A stretch of 63,621 nt of DNA, the filler included, from Octopus bimaculoides (taxonomy: Eukaryota), in NCBI RefSeq assembly GCF_001194135.2. It is 5 parts of 5 records of this genome, joined end to end, with 100 filler letters (N's around TTAATTAATTAA, not from the genome) between each part and the next. Parts side by side here need not be neighbours in the genome. Positions count along the whole stretch, not along the records: positions 1 to 28,790 come from NC_068984.1; 4 more parts are not named here. One strand, given 5' to 3'. The notes beneath the pieces are model-generated. The model was not told the DNA's origin. It made no database searches and saw nothing but the letters and a program-made list of their open reading frames with translations. Shown in pieces: positions 1 through 11,716 of the stretch. Within the stretch, counting starts at the first letter, position 1. Each line of letters begins with the position of its first letter. The position numbers were made by a program, and so were the translations under genes.

Positions 1-321
1 ATATATATATATATATATAAATAAACACACACACAAAATAGTCGGGACACAAATTGAAATGTGTTGATCCTGCTACTACAAGGTAACACCATCAGGGTAT
101 AACATAAAGATGTGTCTTTGTCCCAAATTACAAGAAATACCAGTAAAATTCCCTCAAATCCCATCAAGTTCAGCTTAGTTTTAAAAAAGAGAAGCAACAG
201 AACGGTCAGTACCAGAATATTTTTGATCATATGTATGTTGGATCAGAGCTGGTCTAGAGTTAAACAACAACAGTAACAACAATAACAACTGCAACACAGT
301 GTAAGCCATGCATAAACCTAC

Positions 322-485
322 TTTGGGTTTGTACATAATCGTTCTCGGTACTTGATCCCTGGTCCACAAACTGAAGTACATTCAGACCATGCACTCCATG
401 ATCCCCAACCACCTGGCTGGATAGTTAATGGCACTTTCAAACTTAGGGTCTCAACACTGACACATTGTAGATTTAGTAAACATAC
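322..485 (-). CDS. ADAMTS-like metalloprotease, coding exon F (end of disintegrin-like domain plus TSP1 repeat)
   Basis: Acceptor aaatttcag|GTA, donor AA|gtaggt; 164 bp, phase 0-2. Translates VCLLNLQCVSVETLSLKVPLTIQPGGWGSWSAWSECTSVCGPGIKYRERLCTNP(K), a WxxWxxWxxC...RxRxC thrombospondin type-1 motif. Confidence 0.93.
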
Positions 486-732
486 CTGAAATTTGAAATA
501 AATAAACAATAACAGAAATACAAATCAATGATTTCAAAATTAAAACTCCACTAAAGTTCTTCATGTCTTTCGTGGTCACTTTGTGCAAAAATCTTATTTT
601 GTGCAAAATTTCTACCCTGTCACAACAGTATATATGCACTGACTGTATGCACAAAAGGAAACTTTGTTTTCTTTTGTTTGGTGATTATTTGCTCAGCTTA
701 CTGAAATCTTTCTAATGTAGAGGCAGATCCAA

Positions 733-2745
733 GGGGTATCAGGACAAAATCCCACCAAAGACAAAATCCCCACAACACAAAATCAACCGGTGGTTAATAT
801 TACATCACAGGAATATTGATGAATTGATTAATTACCTTGTTTTTTATAAACTGATGAATTGCCTTGTTTTTTTTAAACTTCTTATTAAAATAATAGGACA
901 GTCGCTTGCTTGTTCTATTTATTTTTTTTTATGGCTTATATAGTTGTGTTCAAGGTGGTGAAGAATTTTTTTTATAAATCCACTTAACTTCTACCCATAG
1001 AAGATTTGGCAAATAGTGTGGTACCTTATGAATGTGAATGACAGATGTCTAACGCATCATGTAAAGCATAGGTAAAAATGCAGCAAGGTGAGATTACTGA
1101 ACAATTACGCAGTTACACACACACACACACACACACACACCAGGCACACCAAAGTGTGAAGCTGCAAAAGTGTTTCAATAAATTCTTTTAAATGTGCAAT
1201 AGAAACTGAAGAGACTACACAACAAATTGTTGCCAAATCTTATACATCTACATCAGAATAAGTAGCTACAAAAATACCTTTCCTCTATATCCTTCGATGA
1301 GATGTATGGTACTATAAACAGAAGAAAAGTAACCATTTACCATTGCCATCATGTGCTCTAGGTCTTATTATACCTGAAAACTGTGTAAAAACAGTCAATG
1401 GAGAAAATGTTTTGTTGCATGATTCAACATTTGATGGCAAGAGAATTTTGATATTTGGAATGGCTAAAAGCATAGAATTTCTAAAAACTTTTCCTCATTG
1501 GTGTTTTGATGGAACATTTAAAGTAGTTCCTGAAATTTTCAGCCAGTTCTATACGATTCATGCTGTAGTAGATCAACACTGTACTCTGCAACTATGCACT
1601 CTTTCCAGATAAGACTCAACTTATAACAAATTAATACAGGAAGTAAAGAACTTGACAAATTGCACTCCTGTAAGTGCAATGATAGATTTTGAAAGTGCAA
1701 TGCTGAATACTTTATTTGTGCACTTTCCTGAAACTGACATTTCAAAAATATATACGTGTCAAAATATATATAGGAAAATACAGGAGTTTGGCTTTCAAAA
1801 GCATATCAAGACAATACTGAACTTTCTCTTAAAACGAGGATGGTAGCAGCCCTTGCCTTTATACCTCCTGAATCTGTTCAGGCAGCTTTTGAAGAGCTCC
1901 ATGATATTATGCCAGAAGAAGCTTTGCCAGTTTTGGATTACTTTGAAGATGCTTATATCAGCAGGCCATGTCGATAGGGATGCCAAGAATCAATATTTAG
2001 CATATCTCTTTGGAATATTGTTGTGGAAGGATTCCAACCACCCCTCAAGTAACTAAAAGATGAACTGACTCATTGTTATAAAACAAAGAACTGTGAGTGA
2101 TTGGCAGTTACTGTTGGTAGCAGTTCACTGTGAGCCTTTGATATAGAGCATCAAGTCTCATGTAATAGTAGTGCATCATGTTTATACTTTCTTCCCCCTT
2201 GCTTCATTATATCATATACCCAATACAAGGATATAAAAAATATGCATGTAAGAACAAATGCTGAACTTCATTGTATGAATAATTTTGTTGAAGGATGGCA
2301 CCGGCACTTTGTATCATTTGCTGGATGTTTCCACATCCAGTCATCTGGAAGTTTATGAGTATTTTAGGATGAGAAATTAACTTTCAAAATGTTCAAATGA
2401 CTCAGATTATTGCTAGTATCACTACTGAACCACCGAGAAAGAAATATATGGATGCAGCATCATGAATTTTATCAGTTGTGCAAAAATACCAAGAAACAAC
2501 ATATTTAGATTTCCTTTGAGGCATTGCATTTGATCTATGGTTTTAAATAAATGTGTGACATTTTCATATGAAGTTTCTCAGCTATCATATCTATTCCTAA
2601 ATTTTACACAAAAGTATCAACTTATAAATATTTTTAATTTTTTATAAAATTTCACTTTCCTAAAATATTTTTATTGTAAAGAAGGAATAATATCCAGAGG
2701 AATTATGTCCAGAGATGGATTTTGTCCTGGGGAGATTTTGCTTTA
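733..2745 (+). mobile_element. Decayed Mutator-like (MULE) DNA transposon with FLYWCH- and MULE-transposase remnants
   Basis: Fragments WCFDGTFKVVPEIFSQFYTIHA, MIDFESAMLN...QNIYRKIQ, and LWN/NNFVEGWHRHF. GGACAAAATCC motifs occur near 740-770 and inverted near 2715-2740. Multiple stops and frameshifts. Confidence 0.85.
2019..2238. mobile_element. 220-bp insertion (solo-LTR-like) inside the MULE transposase
   Basis: Flanked by AATAT at 2014-2018 and 2239-2243; starts TGTTG. Removing it restores LWNMHVRTNAELHCMNNFVEGWH. Confidence 0.7.
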
Positions 2746-2954
2746 ATGTTTAATGGTTGAATAAAAATGAAAGTATTTTTAAAAACCAATTTTGTTTCTT
2801 AACCCAGGTAAAGGGTAGACCTTCCAAAATGTTCAGTAAAGGTCCTTGTGTGAAATAAAATTCAAAATGAAAATGACTTCCTTCAGTTACACTTGTAAAA
2901 CATTGAGAAAATAGTACAGCTGAATTTTAGTATGTTAGATCAACTTCTATAGCA

Positions 2955-2993
<39 letters not shown>

Positions 2994-2994
<1 letters not shown>

Positions 2995-3300
2995 GCCATG
3001 AATAGTCAAGAAGGAAGGCGAAAAGATAGATAAATACAACCCTCTTAAGTACGAAATAGCCCGGCTATGGAAAATGAAGAAAGTGAAGATAGTGCCAATT
3101 ATTGTTGGGTTCTTGGGAACAGTATCAGAAGGTATCAAGGGGAATATAAAGTAAATTGGAATAGAGTGCCCAGTAGAACTGTTACAAAAGGTTTACCTCC
3201 TTGGCATGACCTGAATAATCAGGAAAGTATTAGACAGCTGAAAAGAATGAATAGCATGGTACCTTAGGTTGCAGGTAGCAAGCCTGCTATGCATGTTAGA
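2994..3300 (+). mobile_element. 5'-truncated R4/Dong-type REL LINE, copy 1
   Basis: KEGEKIDKYNPLKYEIARLWKMKKVKIVPIIVGFLGTV...IIRKVL is a restriction-like endonuclease C-terminus; the 5' junction directly follows (AAT)n at 2959-2993. Confidence 0.85.
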
Positions 3301-3480
3301 CTCCAGGAGCTCCATCAAAACCTGTCGTGCACATGTGGTTGTGATGCATGTGCCTGGTGTACCCTTATCAGACGGGTAGTCATGATGGGTATACTGGGTT
3401 TCGTATATTTTACCCCAGTGCCACTTTGATGGCATGCACTGCTCTCTCACTCAATAATAATAATAATAATGATAATAATG
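3300..3480 (+). mobile_element. SINE 3' portion with (AAT)n tail
   Basis: Ends gcactgctctctcactc followed by (aat)n; non-coding and distinct from the flanking LINE pieces. Confidence 0.5.
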
Positions 3481-3880
3481 CAATGATATAATAGATGTTG
3501 CAATACCAGGAGATTTGAGGGTGAAATGTAAGGAAACAGAAAAGAGTGAGAAATACCAGCCACTGCAGAACGAGATAGGAAAGTTATGGGGCATGAGGAA
3601 AGTAATGGTGATACCAGTGGTAACTGGAGCATTAGGAGCAGTTTCCAAAAGCTTTGAAAAACATATTAAGAATATTGGAGCTGCTGTTAGGCTCAAAGTG
3701 ATCCAGAAGACAGCGTTGTTGGGTACAGCTTGTATTCTAAGGAGAGTATTGTCTCTTTGAGTCATAAGAGAAGGCACTACTTGAAACTGGTGATTTGTTA
3801 TTGCCTGCTTTCAAGTAAAGAACAACTGCAAATAGAACAGCGAGAATCAAAACAATAATAATAATAATAATAATAATAAT
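3481..3880 (+). mobile_element. 5'-truncated R4/Dong-type REL LINE, copy 2
   Basis: IIDVAIPGDLRVKCKETEKSEKYQPLQNEIGKLWGMRKVMVIPVVTGALG...GTACILRRVL; (AAT)n on both sides. Confidence 0.88.
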
Positions 3881-5186
3881 AGTTCAACGAGATAATGGAA
3901 AAGAAAATGAAAGAGCAACTGAGGATGAAGTATTTCCAAAGAGTGAGGTTGGTGTTGCACTCAAACTTGACTGGATGGAATAAAATCCAAGCAGTTAATA
4001 TGTGGGCAATACTATCACTTTGGTATGGAGTGGGAATTACAAAATGGCAAAAGAGAGAAATGAAGAAAATGGATACCAAGCCCAGAAAAATGATGCCAGC
4101 ACACGGAGCCTTCCACCCTAAGAGTGACACCAATAGGCTGTACTTGTCCAGAAGAAAGAGTGGGAGAGGTTTGATCAGTTGCCAAGACTGTATCAAAGCA
4201 GAGGAACACAGCCTTGGGTAGTATATAAAAAATGCCATGGAGCCACTGTTGGAACACATGAAGAAGGCTAGCATCATCAAAACTGAAAAGCGTATAATTA
4301 AAGAAAAATTTAAACAAGAAATGAACAAAGAAAAAAAGGAAAAAGCATAGAAGGAAAAGAAAATGCATGGTCAGTTTGCAAGAGATGTGAATACCAAGGC
4401 AGATACAGAGGACTGGTGGCTATGGATGAGGCAGAGTGACCTGTAGATAGACAGAAGCACTCATATGTGCAGCTCAGGAACAACCATTAAGGACCAATTA
4501 TATGAAGTGCAGAATAGACAACACTATCGATAGCAACAAATGCAGAATGTGTGGTGGAAGGGGTGAAACGGTATGACAGATTATTAGCGAATGCCTGAAA
4601 TTGGCACAACACGAATACAAAAGATGCCATGACAATGTGGCAAGAATGATCCATTGGGGGCTCTGTGGAAATCACAGCCTACAAAGAGCAAAGATGTGGT
4701 ATCAGCAAACTACAGAAGGAGTCACTGCAAATGGGGATTGCAAAATCCTGTGGATGCAATGATCCAGTGCAATCACCTGCCCAGACATCAGAAACTGGAT
4801 ATTGTTTTGGTGAATAGAAAAGAAAGAACATGGATGATAATTGACATATCATGCTCCTGTGACAACAGGATCAATGTGAAAGAAAAAGAAAAAATAAACA
4901 ATTATGATGATTTTAAGTGGGAAATACAAAGGTTGAAGAGAGTAGATGTGATACCAATAGTAATCGGTGCACTTGAAAGTACCAGCATTCAACTACCAAC
5001 ATGGGTGAAAAAGATCAGTGCAAATGGGAAGGTAGAACACCTACAAAAATCAGCATTGCTTGGAACTGCAAGAATTCTTTGCAGGGTTCTTGAAGCATGA
5101 CCAGTAAAACGAGTGTCACCTTAGTCTGCTGGCTGTGGACAGCTGACACTTTCCATCATACCTAGAAAAATAAGCTCTGAGTTTTC

Positions 5187-5221
<35 letters not shown>
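3881..5221 (+). mobile_element. 5'-truncated R4/Dong-type REL LINE, copy 3
   Basis: Post-RT thumb region (HGAFHPKSDTNRLYLSRRKSGRGL), CCHC knuckle (CRMCGG...HDNVARMIHW) and REL domain (KLDIV...IIDIS...IPIVIGAL); (AAT)n on both sides. Confidence 0.92.
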
Positions 5222-5223
<2 letters not shown>

Positions 5224-5362
5224 CCTTTCTACTATAGACACAAGATCTGAAATTTGGGGCAGGGGGGATAGTCGATTACATTAACCCCAGTGTTTCACTG
5301 GTACTTAATTTATTGACTCCGAAAAGCAAAGCCGACCTTGGCAAAATTTAAACTCAGAATGC
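5222..5362 (-). mobile_element. SINE family B fragment
   Basis: Reverse complement of the core gtcgactttgcctttcatcctttcggggtcgataaattaagtaccagt seen in other copies in the window. Confidence 0.7.
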
Positions 5363-5479
5363 TAGGATGATGATAACACACCCTGGGTATGGCATGAAAC
5401 TGCATCTGGTTGTGGTGTCACAATATGGGAAGAATAAGGTTACCCATAACTACAACTACCTTCAGATCACTTTTGGGCA

Positions 5480-8400
5480 AAGTGTAGTACCTGTAAGCCC
5501 ACTCCAAGACCTACAAATACCAGGTTGGCATCTGGCAGGGTTAAGCTTATCTCATGGGAAGAGGAGTCCCTTCAGCATTGGTTGGCAATCCCTCTAAAGA
5601 AGGTGTCTCAATAAAAACACTGATGGTTGTGCCAACTCAACACCAAAATTCTCAGGAGTGAAAATGTCAAATACAAAGATATAAAACAATGGATTGAATG
5701 AGACCAGCACTACAAACAGTGTGCAAGGTAGGTGTGGACTCTCAGAGCCTTGGCTAGCAACCCACCTAGTGATGGTGTCACAATAAAAATATTGGTGATC
5801 ACACAACCTTACAAATGCTATCTTTAAATGAATGATGTCAAAATTAAATAATAACCACAACTGCATTATTGGGACTGGAACCATTAACAGTAAAGGTGTC
5901 ATGCACAACAGACAGGGAGTATCTGTTCAAACTCTGGCAGGTAACCATCAAGTTGTTGATCAGGACCAAAAGCACGGTCAAAAATGCAAAAGAAAAAGAA
6001 AAAGAATGAAATGGGAAAAAGAAGTAAACAAAATAGTAATAGAATGCTGGCTGAGAAGTGAACCAAATAAAAGAGGCTTCATGAATCAAATGAAGAGAAC
6101 ATGGGATAAAAAGGAGGTTTTCAAGCATCTGCCCAGCAACTGATAGACCAAGCAAGAGCAATCCATAGGAGTAGAGATTGAAGTAATTCAGAGAAACATA
6201 ATAAGAAACAAAGCTGAAGAAGAGTGACACAGCAGTAGCAGAAAGTGGTAATGAAAAGGTAAGAGATGAAGGACATGAAATGAATGGAAACTGCAGAGAA
6301 CCAGAGAATGCTGATAAAGTAACTAAAGAAGACGATCTAGATGGACAAGTGACAGAAGGAGATTTTAGAAATGTTATGTGGTAAAATGACTGATGGGAAC
6401 AATGAAGTACCACCAAATGTAAAATATATGGACAGAAAACAAGTGAGGAAATCCACAGGCAAAGTAAATGACGTTTTAAGCTTGATTAAAGCAGAAAACA
6501 TCAGTAAAACAAACCAGCTAATCATAGCTGCTGCTTATGTCATAGCTAACATAGTAGACTACAAGTGGAAAAACTGAAGATATAAAAGCAAATGAAAAGA
6601 AAGAATCAAACAGGAGAAAGAGAATACAAATGAAGCTGGAAAAGATATGGAAAAAAACTGGGGTGATTGAAGAGGATAAGGTAGTAATCAGAAAATTGAA
6701 TGGACAGGGGAAAACAAACAGTACATGAAGAATTGACACAAAGATGACAACATTAAAGGCCAAATTGAAAAGATATGATACTAGATGCAGAGGTTTCAAA
6801 CAGAATAGACTGTTCCAATCAAATAGAAGGCATCTATTTGAGGAAATAGAGAGAGGCCAAGACCCAAGAAATGATTCCAGATGTGGAAGAAAGTAAAGAA
6901 TTTTGGGAAAGTCTGTGGAACACGCCAACAAGACATAAAGAAAACACGGAGCGGCTAACAAAGTTGGAAAGACCACTTGAAACTGTACCAAGACAAAAGG
7001 ACATCAGAATTAATCTATATTCAGTGAGACAGAAGTTTTAAAAAATAGCAAATTAGAAAGGACCAGGCCCAAATGGAGTACAAGGCTATTGGCTGAAGAA
7101 CTTTACACAGTTGCATGAAAGGATCACTGCACAATTGGATGACTGCCTGCAGCAAGGTCACATCCCTGCCTGGATGACAAGTGAATGAATGCTGTTATAC
7201 CTCAAAGATCCCTTAAAAGGGAACTTGGAATCAAATTTTCAGCCTTGACCAGTGTCTTGGAGGAAGAGTTACACAACCATCTGGAAAGTAACAATTTACT
7301 TCCAGAAGAACAGAAAAGATGCAGGAAGCAAAGTAGGGCAACAAAAGATCACTTATTAGTTAATAAAATGATAACTATAAAGTGTAGATGCAGATTGATG
7401 GGACAGGATGTAGCATGGCTAGATTACAAAAAAGCATATGACATGCTTTCACACAGTTGGATGAGTAAAACTATGAGCATGTTTGGAATAGCAAAATACA
7501 TGGAGAAAATGCTTAATGAAAGTATGAAACATTGGAATACTAAATTGATTGGAGGAAAGCAAACACTTGGAAAAGTGAACATCATATGTGGAATATTCCA
7601 AGGTGATAGGTTATCTCCTTTACTATTCCTATTGGCCATGATAGTTAAAATTGCTTATGATTTGGGAAAAGGGAATGGTCAGATAAATCATTTCCTTTCT
7701 ATGGATGATATAAAGGTTTATGTGAAAAATGAGGAACAACTTGAAAGTTTTGTACATATTATTTGCATTTTCTCAAATGATGCAGGTATGGAATTTGAAA
7801 TAGAAAAGTGTGCTATATTGAAAATGAAATGAGGAAGATTTGAAAGAAGCCTGGGTATTGAAGTGCCAATTGGGAAAATAATGAGAGCAGTTGAGAAAGG
7901 ACAGTGCTTATGTATAAGTACTTGGGAATACTAGAAGCAGATGAGATAAAAAATGAAGAAATGAAACAAATTACCAGTAGAGAGTACACAATGAGAGTCA
8001 GAAAATTATTGCAGTCAAAGTTGAATTTCAAAAATTTTATTGAAGCAATAAATTCAAGAGCAGCACCATCAATCAAATATGGAGTTGGAATAACAGACCA
8101 GAAGTGAAATAAAGAAACTTGACCGAGAAACTAGAAAGTTGACAATGTATGGAATCCACCATCCAAAAGCTGATATCAACTAGTTGTACTTGAAGAGAGA
8201 CCAGGGTGGCAGAGGCTTAACAGCAGTAGAAGAATGTGTACAGATGGAAAGAAAAGTCTAGTAGAGCATTTACAGAGCAGCACAGAAAAACAACCAAAGG
8301 CACTTAAAAAAGAACAGGTGATGAAGCTCATAACAGGAGAAAAGGACAAGAATGAAATACAAAGAGAGCACATCAGACAGATTGAAGAGAAATCTCTGCA

Positions 8401-9221
8401 TGGCCAGTTTAGGAGAGCCACTCAAGACACTGGTGGGACAAAATCCTAGGCTTGGTTAAAAAAAAGGGACAATTAAAAAAAGAAACAGAGACCCTAATTG
8501 TAGCAGCCCAAGATCAAGTGATAAAAACAAACAATTTTATAAAAAATACATATGGAGAGAATGTGTCAGATCCGGTGGAACTTGGAATGAGACTGGCACA
8601 CACTGCAGCAGAATGCCCCAAGTTGACACAGGAAGAATATAAGAAATGAAGGTATGACCAAGTTGTAAAAGTTTTACATTGGAAACTGTCAGAAATGGAA
8701 ATTTGAAGCTGGAAACACATGGTACAATCAAGTCAAAAGAGTACTAGAGTCAGAAAAATGTAAGATTTTGTGGGACTTACCTCTTCAAATGGACAAGAAG
8801 TTAGAAAACAATAGACCAGATATTACGATCATAGATAAGGAAAAGTGAAGTTGCTTACTTATTGACCCATCATACCTGTTTGATTCCAAGATTGTAAAGA
8901 AAGAGGAAGAAAAACAAAGAAAATACAATCCTTTAAAATTTAAAAAAGGAAGAATTTGGAGCATGAGAACAGTAAAGGTCGTGCCCATAATAATTAGTGC
9001 ATTGGGAACAGTAAGCCAAGATATATACAAATGGCTGAAGGCGAGTGAAATAGAATGCCTGGTAGAGCACCTACAGAAAGTTTGCTTCTTAGGGACAGCA
9101 AGGATTATCAGGAGGGTTCTAAGCACTTAAAAGACTGCCTAAAACATGTGGATACCACAGGTAGTAATCCACTACCCACATAAATCCTACCACAAATTAG
9201 ACCAAACCCGAGCTTTGTTTC

Positions 9222-9267
<46 letters not shown>
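5480..9267 (+). mobile_element. Near-full-length decayed R4/Dong-type REL LINE, copy 4
   Basis: N-terminal WEKEVNKIVIECWLRSEPNKRGF, RT motifs (LDYKKAYD, GIFQGDRLSPLLF, FLSMDDIKVY), REL motif (NRPDITIID...KEEEK...VPIIISALG) and (AAT)n tail at 9222-9267; many stops. The 5' boundary is approximate. Confidence 0.92.
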
Positions 9268-9269
<2 letters not shown>

Positions 9270-9314
9270 GAACAATATAAGCAAAAAGCAAAGAAGTACT
9301 TTAGGCAAACTTAC

Positions 9315-9422
9315 CTTGTTCTTTCCACAATAAGCACCAGCTATTCCATGATAATTCACCTTCATCTCACCAAATCTTTCATTATGAATGTAATATGTAC
9401 AGGAATGGAACTTACACTCAGT
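9315..9422 (-). CDS. ADAMTS-like metalloprotease, coding exon E (disintegrin-like domain)
   Basis: Acceptor ggttccag|ACT, donor AAG|gtaagt; 108 bp, phase 0-0. Translates TECKFHSCTYYIHNERFGEMKVNYHGIAGAYCGKNK, with the CxxxxC and GxxCGxxK motifs. Confidence 0.9.
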
Positions 9423-9471
9423 CTGGAACCATGACAAATGCATAGTTTGTTAATTATATTATTCTTATTAC

Positions 9472-9885
9472 AGGCACGGGCATAACTGTATGGTAAGAAG
9501 TTTGCTTCCCAACCACATGGTTCCACCTTCAGTCTGCAGTACAGCACCTTGAGCAAGTGTCTTTTACTATAGCCTTAGGCTGACCAAAGCCTTGTGAATG
9601 GATTTGGTAGACAGGAACTGAAAGAAGCCCATCATATATATGCATATATATATTTATATACATGTGTGCCAGTGTTTTTTGCCCACCACCAATTGACAAC
9701 TGGTGTTGGGGTGTTTACAACCCTGTAACTTAGCAGTTTAGAAAAAGGGACTGATATAAGTACCCAGCTTTGCAAAACATAAGCACTAGGGTCAATTCAT
9801 TTGACAAAAATTCTTCAAAGTGATGCCCCAGAATGGCCGCAGTCTAATGATTGAAACAAGTAAAATATAGAAAGATAAAAGATTA
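9472..9885 (+). mobile_element. SINE family A (tRNA-derived head, internal microsatellite, gtaaaagag-type tail)
   Basis: Homologous to at least 15 other copies in the window (ccaaccacatggttcc...agtggatttggtagac...gactgaaacaagtaaaa). Confidence 0.85.
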
Positions 9886-10404
9886 GTTTGGTTAGAATGG
9901 TAATTAGTAAGTAAAATCTTACTTTAGTATGTCAGCTAATAACAAAGAAAATTATTGATTTAGTTTGATTGCTAATTAGTGAGTAAATTTTCAATTTGAT
10001 ATGGCTGATAATTGCAAAGAAAATTAATTGATTAGCTTAATTAAAAACACATTTGTAATACACCATTTGTGGTAAGGAGCACTACAAATGGTTGAGAGTC
10101 ATTGTCACTTTAACTTGCCAGAAAAAGCAGCCATGTTACCCCAACCTCAAATCACACTTCATTTTCAAAAACGGAAGGACCTATTAAATAATGTATATTA
10201 TGTCTGAAAAAGCAACTTGGCACAAAAACAACAGTGAACAATTCCATTCTATGACGCCTAGTAACAGCTAAGTGAAGTGGGATATTGAGAAGAAAGTATT
10301 TTGACAATTGACAAAACAACAGCAGTGAATGAATTAGAATGCCATCCATACTGGGGCAGTCTTCTACCATTTCCATTGTAACAAAAGATGATATAAAATA
10401 TTAC

Positions 10405-10490
10405 ATTAGGAGTTTCTTTAGGAAATTCTCTGTAACGGAAGCCTGGTCCATAGTTCATTTCACATGTATCATCTGGTGTAAGGTATAGAC
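10405..10490 (-). CDS. ADAMTS-like metalloprotease, coding exon D (start of disintegrin-like/Cys-rich domain)
   Basis: Acceptor ttcactag|GT, donor AAT|gtaata; 86 bp, phase 1-0. Translates (G)LYLTPDDTCEMNYGPGFRYREFPKETPN, matching ADAMTS PGxxYxxDxQCxxxFGPG. Confidence 0.88.
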
Positions 10491-10569
10491 CTAGTGAATT
10501 AAAGAAGATTAAAACATTATTCAAATCCATCATTTTTTTGTCATTAACATCTTGACTTACCACCATTCA

Positions 10570-10860
10570 TAATCTCTCTCTTTTTCTCTTTTTCTCTCCC
10601 TTTCTGTCTTTCTCTCCCCCCCCCCCTTCTGTCTCCTCTCTTTCTCTCTTTCCATCTCTCTCCCTCTCTCTCTCTCTCTTTCCATCTCTTTCCCTCTCTC
10701 TCTCCTCCCTTTCTGTCTCCTCTCTCTCTCTCTTTCCATCTCTCTCCCTCTCTCTCTCCCCTTTCTGTGTCTTTCTCTCTCTCTCTTTCCATCTCTCTCT
10801 CCCTTTCTGTCTCTTTCTCTCTCCCTTTCCATCTCCCCCTCTCTCTCTCCCACTCGCCAT
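10570..10860. repeat. Degenerate (CT)n/(CTTT)n pyrimidine tract
   Basis: Seen directly; it is the source of the ER/RE-rich pseudo-ORFs. Confidence 0.95.
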
Positions 10861-11194
10861 CAAACATTTAGCTTCCATTAGTGTCTCTTTCCTTCTACCC
10901 TCTGCCATTACTACCTCTCTAGTACTATTCTCTCTAACACTACATCTCTCTTATCTCCCCGCTTTTCCTATTGTCTCCACAATCTCTATTTTGTACCTCA
11001 TAATTGAGCATTTTGCCTTTTTGCTCAATTTTATCTTCAGCAATCATCCTTTATTCTACCCACTCTGTTGGCTATGTCTCCCTGAATTGGATAGAAACAA
11101 CATAGAGTAAAGTGGATTCTTTATTCTTAAAGGATAGAAAGCAACCTCACTAGCTCTGGTACCATGAATAAATCCAGACATTCTTTGTAAAGTA

Positions 11195-11360
11195 GTTAGT
11201 GATAGGAAAGGTATCCAACCATAGAAGCCATGTCAAAGATAGCTGACACATCCAATCTATCTAAGAAAGTAGTAACTCTAAATAAGAAATGATGCAGCCT
11301 ATGATGACTTGCCCAACCCATGCTGACAAAGAAAACAGGTGTAAAATGATGATGATGATG
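11195..11360 (+). mobile_element. RTE-type 3' terminal fragment with (GAT)n tail
   Basis: ggaaaggtatccaaccatagaa...cccaacccatgctg...aaatgatgatgat resembles the RTE 3' end at 17683-17870. Confidence 0.55.
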
Positions 11361-11673
11361 GCGACAATGACAACAAAACATTCTCTAGTGGTAGCTCTGG
11401 TGGTAGTGATGATTGTGGTGGTGGTAATGATAGTGGTGGTGGTGGTGGTGGTGGTGGTGGTGAGGAAACATTCTCTAGCAGTTAAATGGTTTGATACTAT
11501 AGGCTTTTCCTTCCACGGCTAAACCTAAACTGTCCTCCCCTCTTTTTACACGAGAACATTACTGTGTGGTACACGATCCCTATTGATCGGCCTTTCCTTT
11601 TCTTTTTTTTTCGATCCCTTTTGATCGAACTGCCCCTTTTTCCCTTCCTACGATCCCTTTTGATCGACACCAC

Positions 11674-11716
<43 letters not shown>

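Noticed and set aside
181-253. Possible next protease exon (tctag|A CCA GCT..., giving KPALIQHTYDQKYSG)
   Set aside because: Phase fits, but it lacks the GGxxCxG...C cysteines needed to finish the TSP1 repeat and has no good donor; the true exon is probably beyond the window start.
10258-10404. Read-through extension of exon D (VIFYIIFCYNGNGRR...)
   Set aside because: It superficially mimics CxxLWC but ends in a stop. Exon E at 9422-9315 supplies the proper motif in phase after the gtaata donor.
10544-10908. Glu/Arg-rich ORFs of 98-113 aa
   Set aside because: Translations of a (CT)n tract.
11574-11666. CRISPR-like repeat-spacer appearance
   Set aside because: Only three 16-bp repeats, low-complexity spacers, animal intron, no cas genes; kept only as a low-interest repeat.
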